DNA of 64,000 bases from NCBI GenBank assembly GCA_963514005.1, contig OY740789.1, positions 34,472,001 to 34,536,000 on the forward strand, written 5' to 3'. Origin of the DNA: Raja brachyura (Eukaryota). The notes below the pieces were generated by a model. The model was given only the letters and a program-made list of their open reading frames with translations, had not been told where the DNA came from and did not search any database. Numbering within the stretch: the stretch's first letter is position 1; each line of letters starts with the position of its first letter. Of this stretch, positions 63,987 through 64,000 are shown in pieces. Made by a program: the position numbers and the translations under genes.

Positions 63987-64000
63987 ATCATAGAGTCATA

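Overview
Vertebrate genomic DNA, most likely from a cartilaginous fish (skate/ray-like repeats: HE1-type V-SINE, CR1 with (CATAGAAA)n tails, Penelope-derived palindromes). The only protein-coding host gene is Otx2 on the minus strand, with three coding exons (32224-32320, 31651-31802, 30354-30977; 290 aa; K50 homeodomain, SIWSPA motif, tandem OTX tails). It lies in a CpG-retaining, transposon-poor domain (about 21-46 kb) with candidate alternative 5' exons/promoters and several enhancer-like blocks. The flanks hold transposon relics: a DIRS1-type element, a Harbinger-type MITE, a Helitron-like element, and CR1, Rex/Babar, RTE and Penelope fragments. Two structures stand out. (1) A family of short, often palindromic Penelope-derived insertions carries a minimal hammerhead-ribozyme core (CUGAAGA-stem II-GAAACGUC) and long target-site duplications. 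(2) A roughly 10-kb 28-bp satellite domain upstream of Otx2 has two homogenised subfamilies, one of which repeatedly produces TAATCC Otx/K50 sites. There are two N gaps. No database search was run; comparisons to known families and mammalian sequences are from recall.
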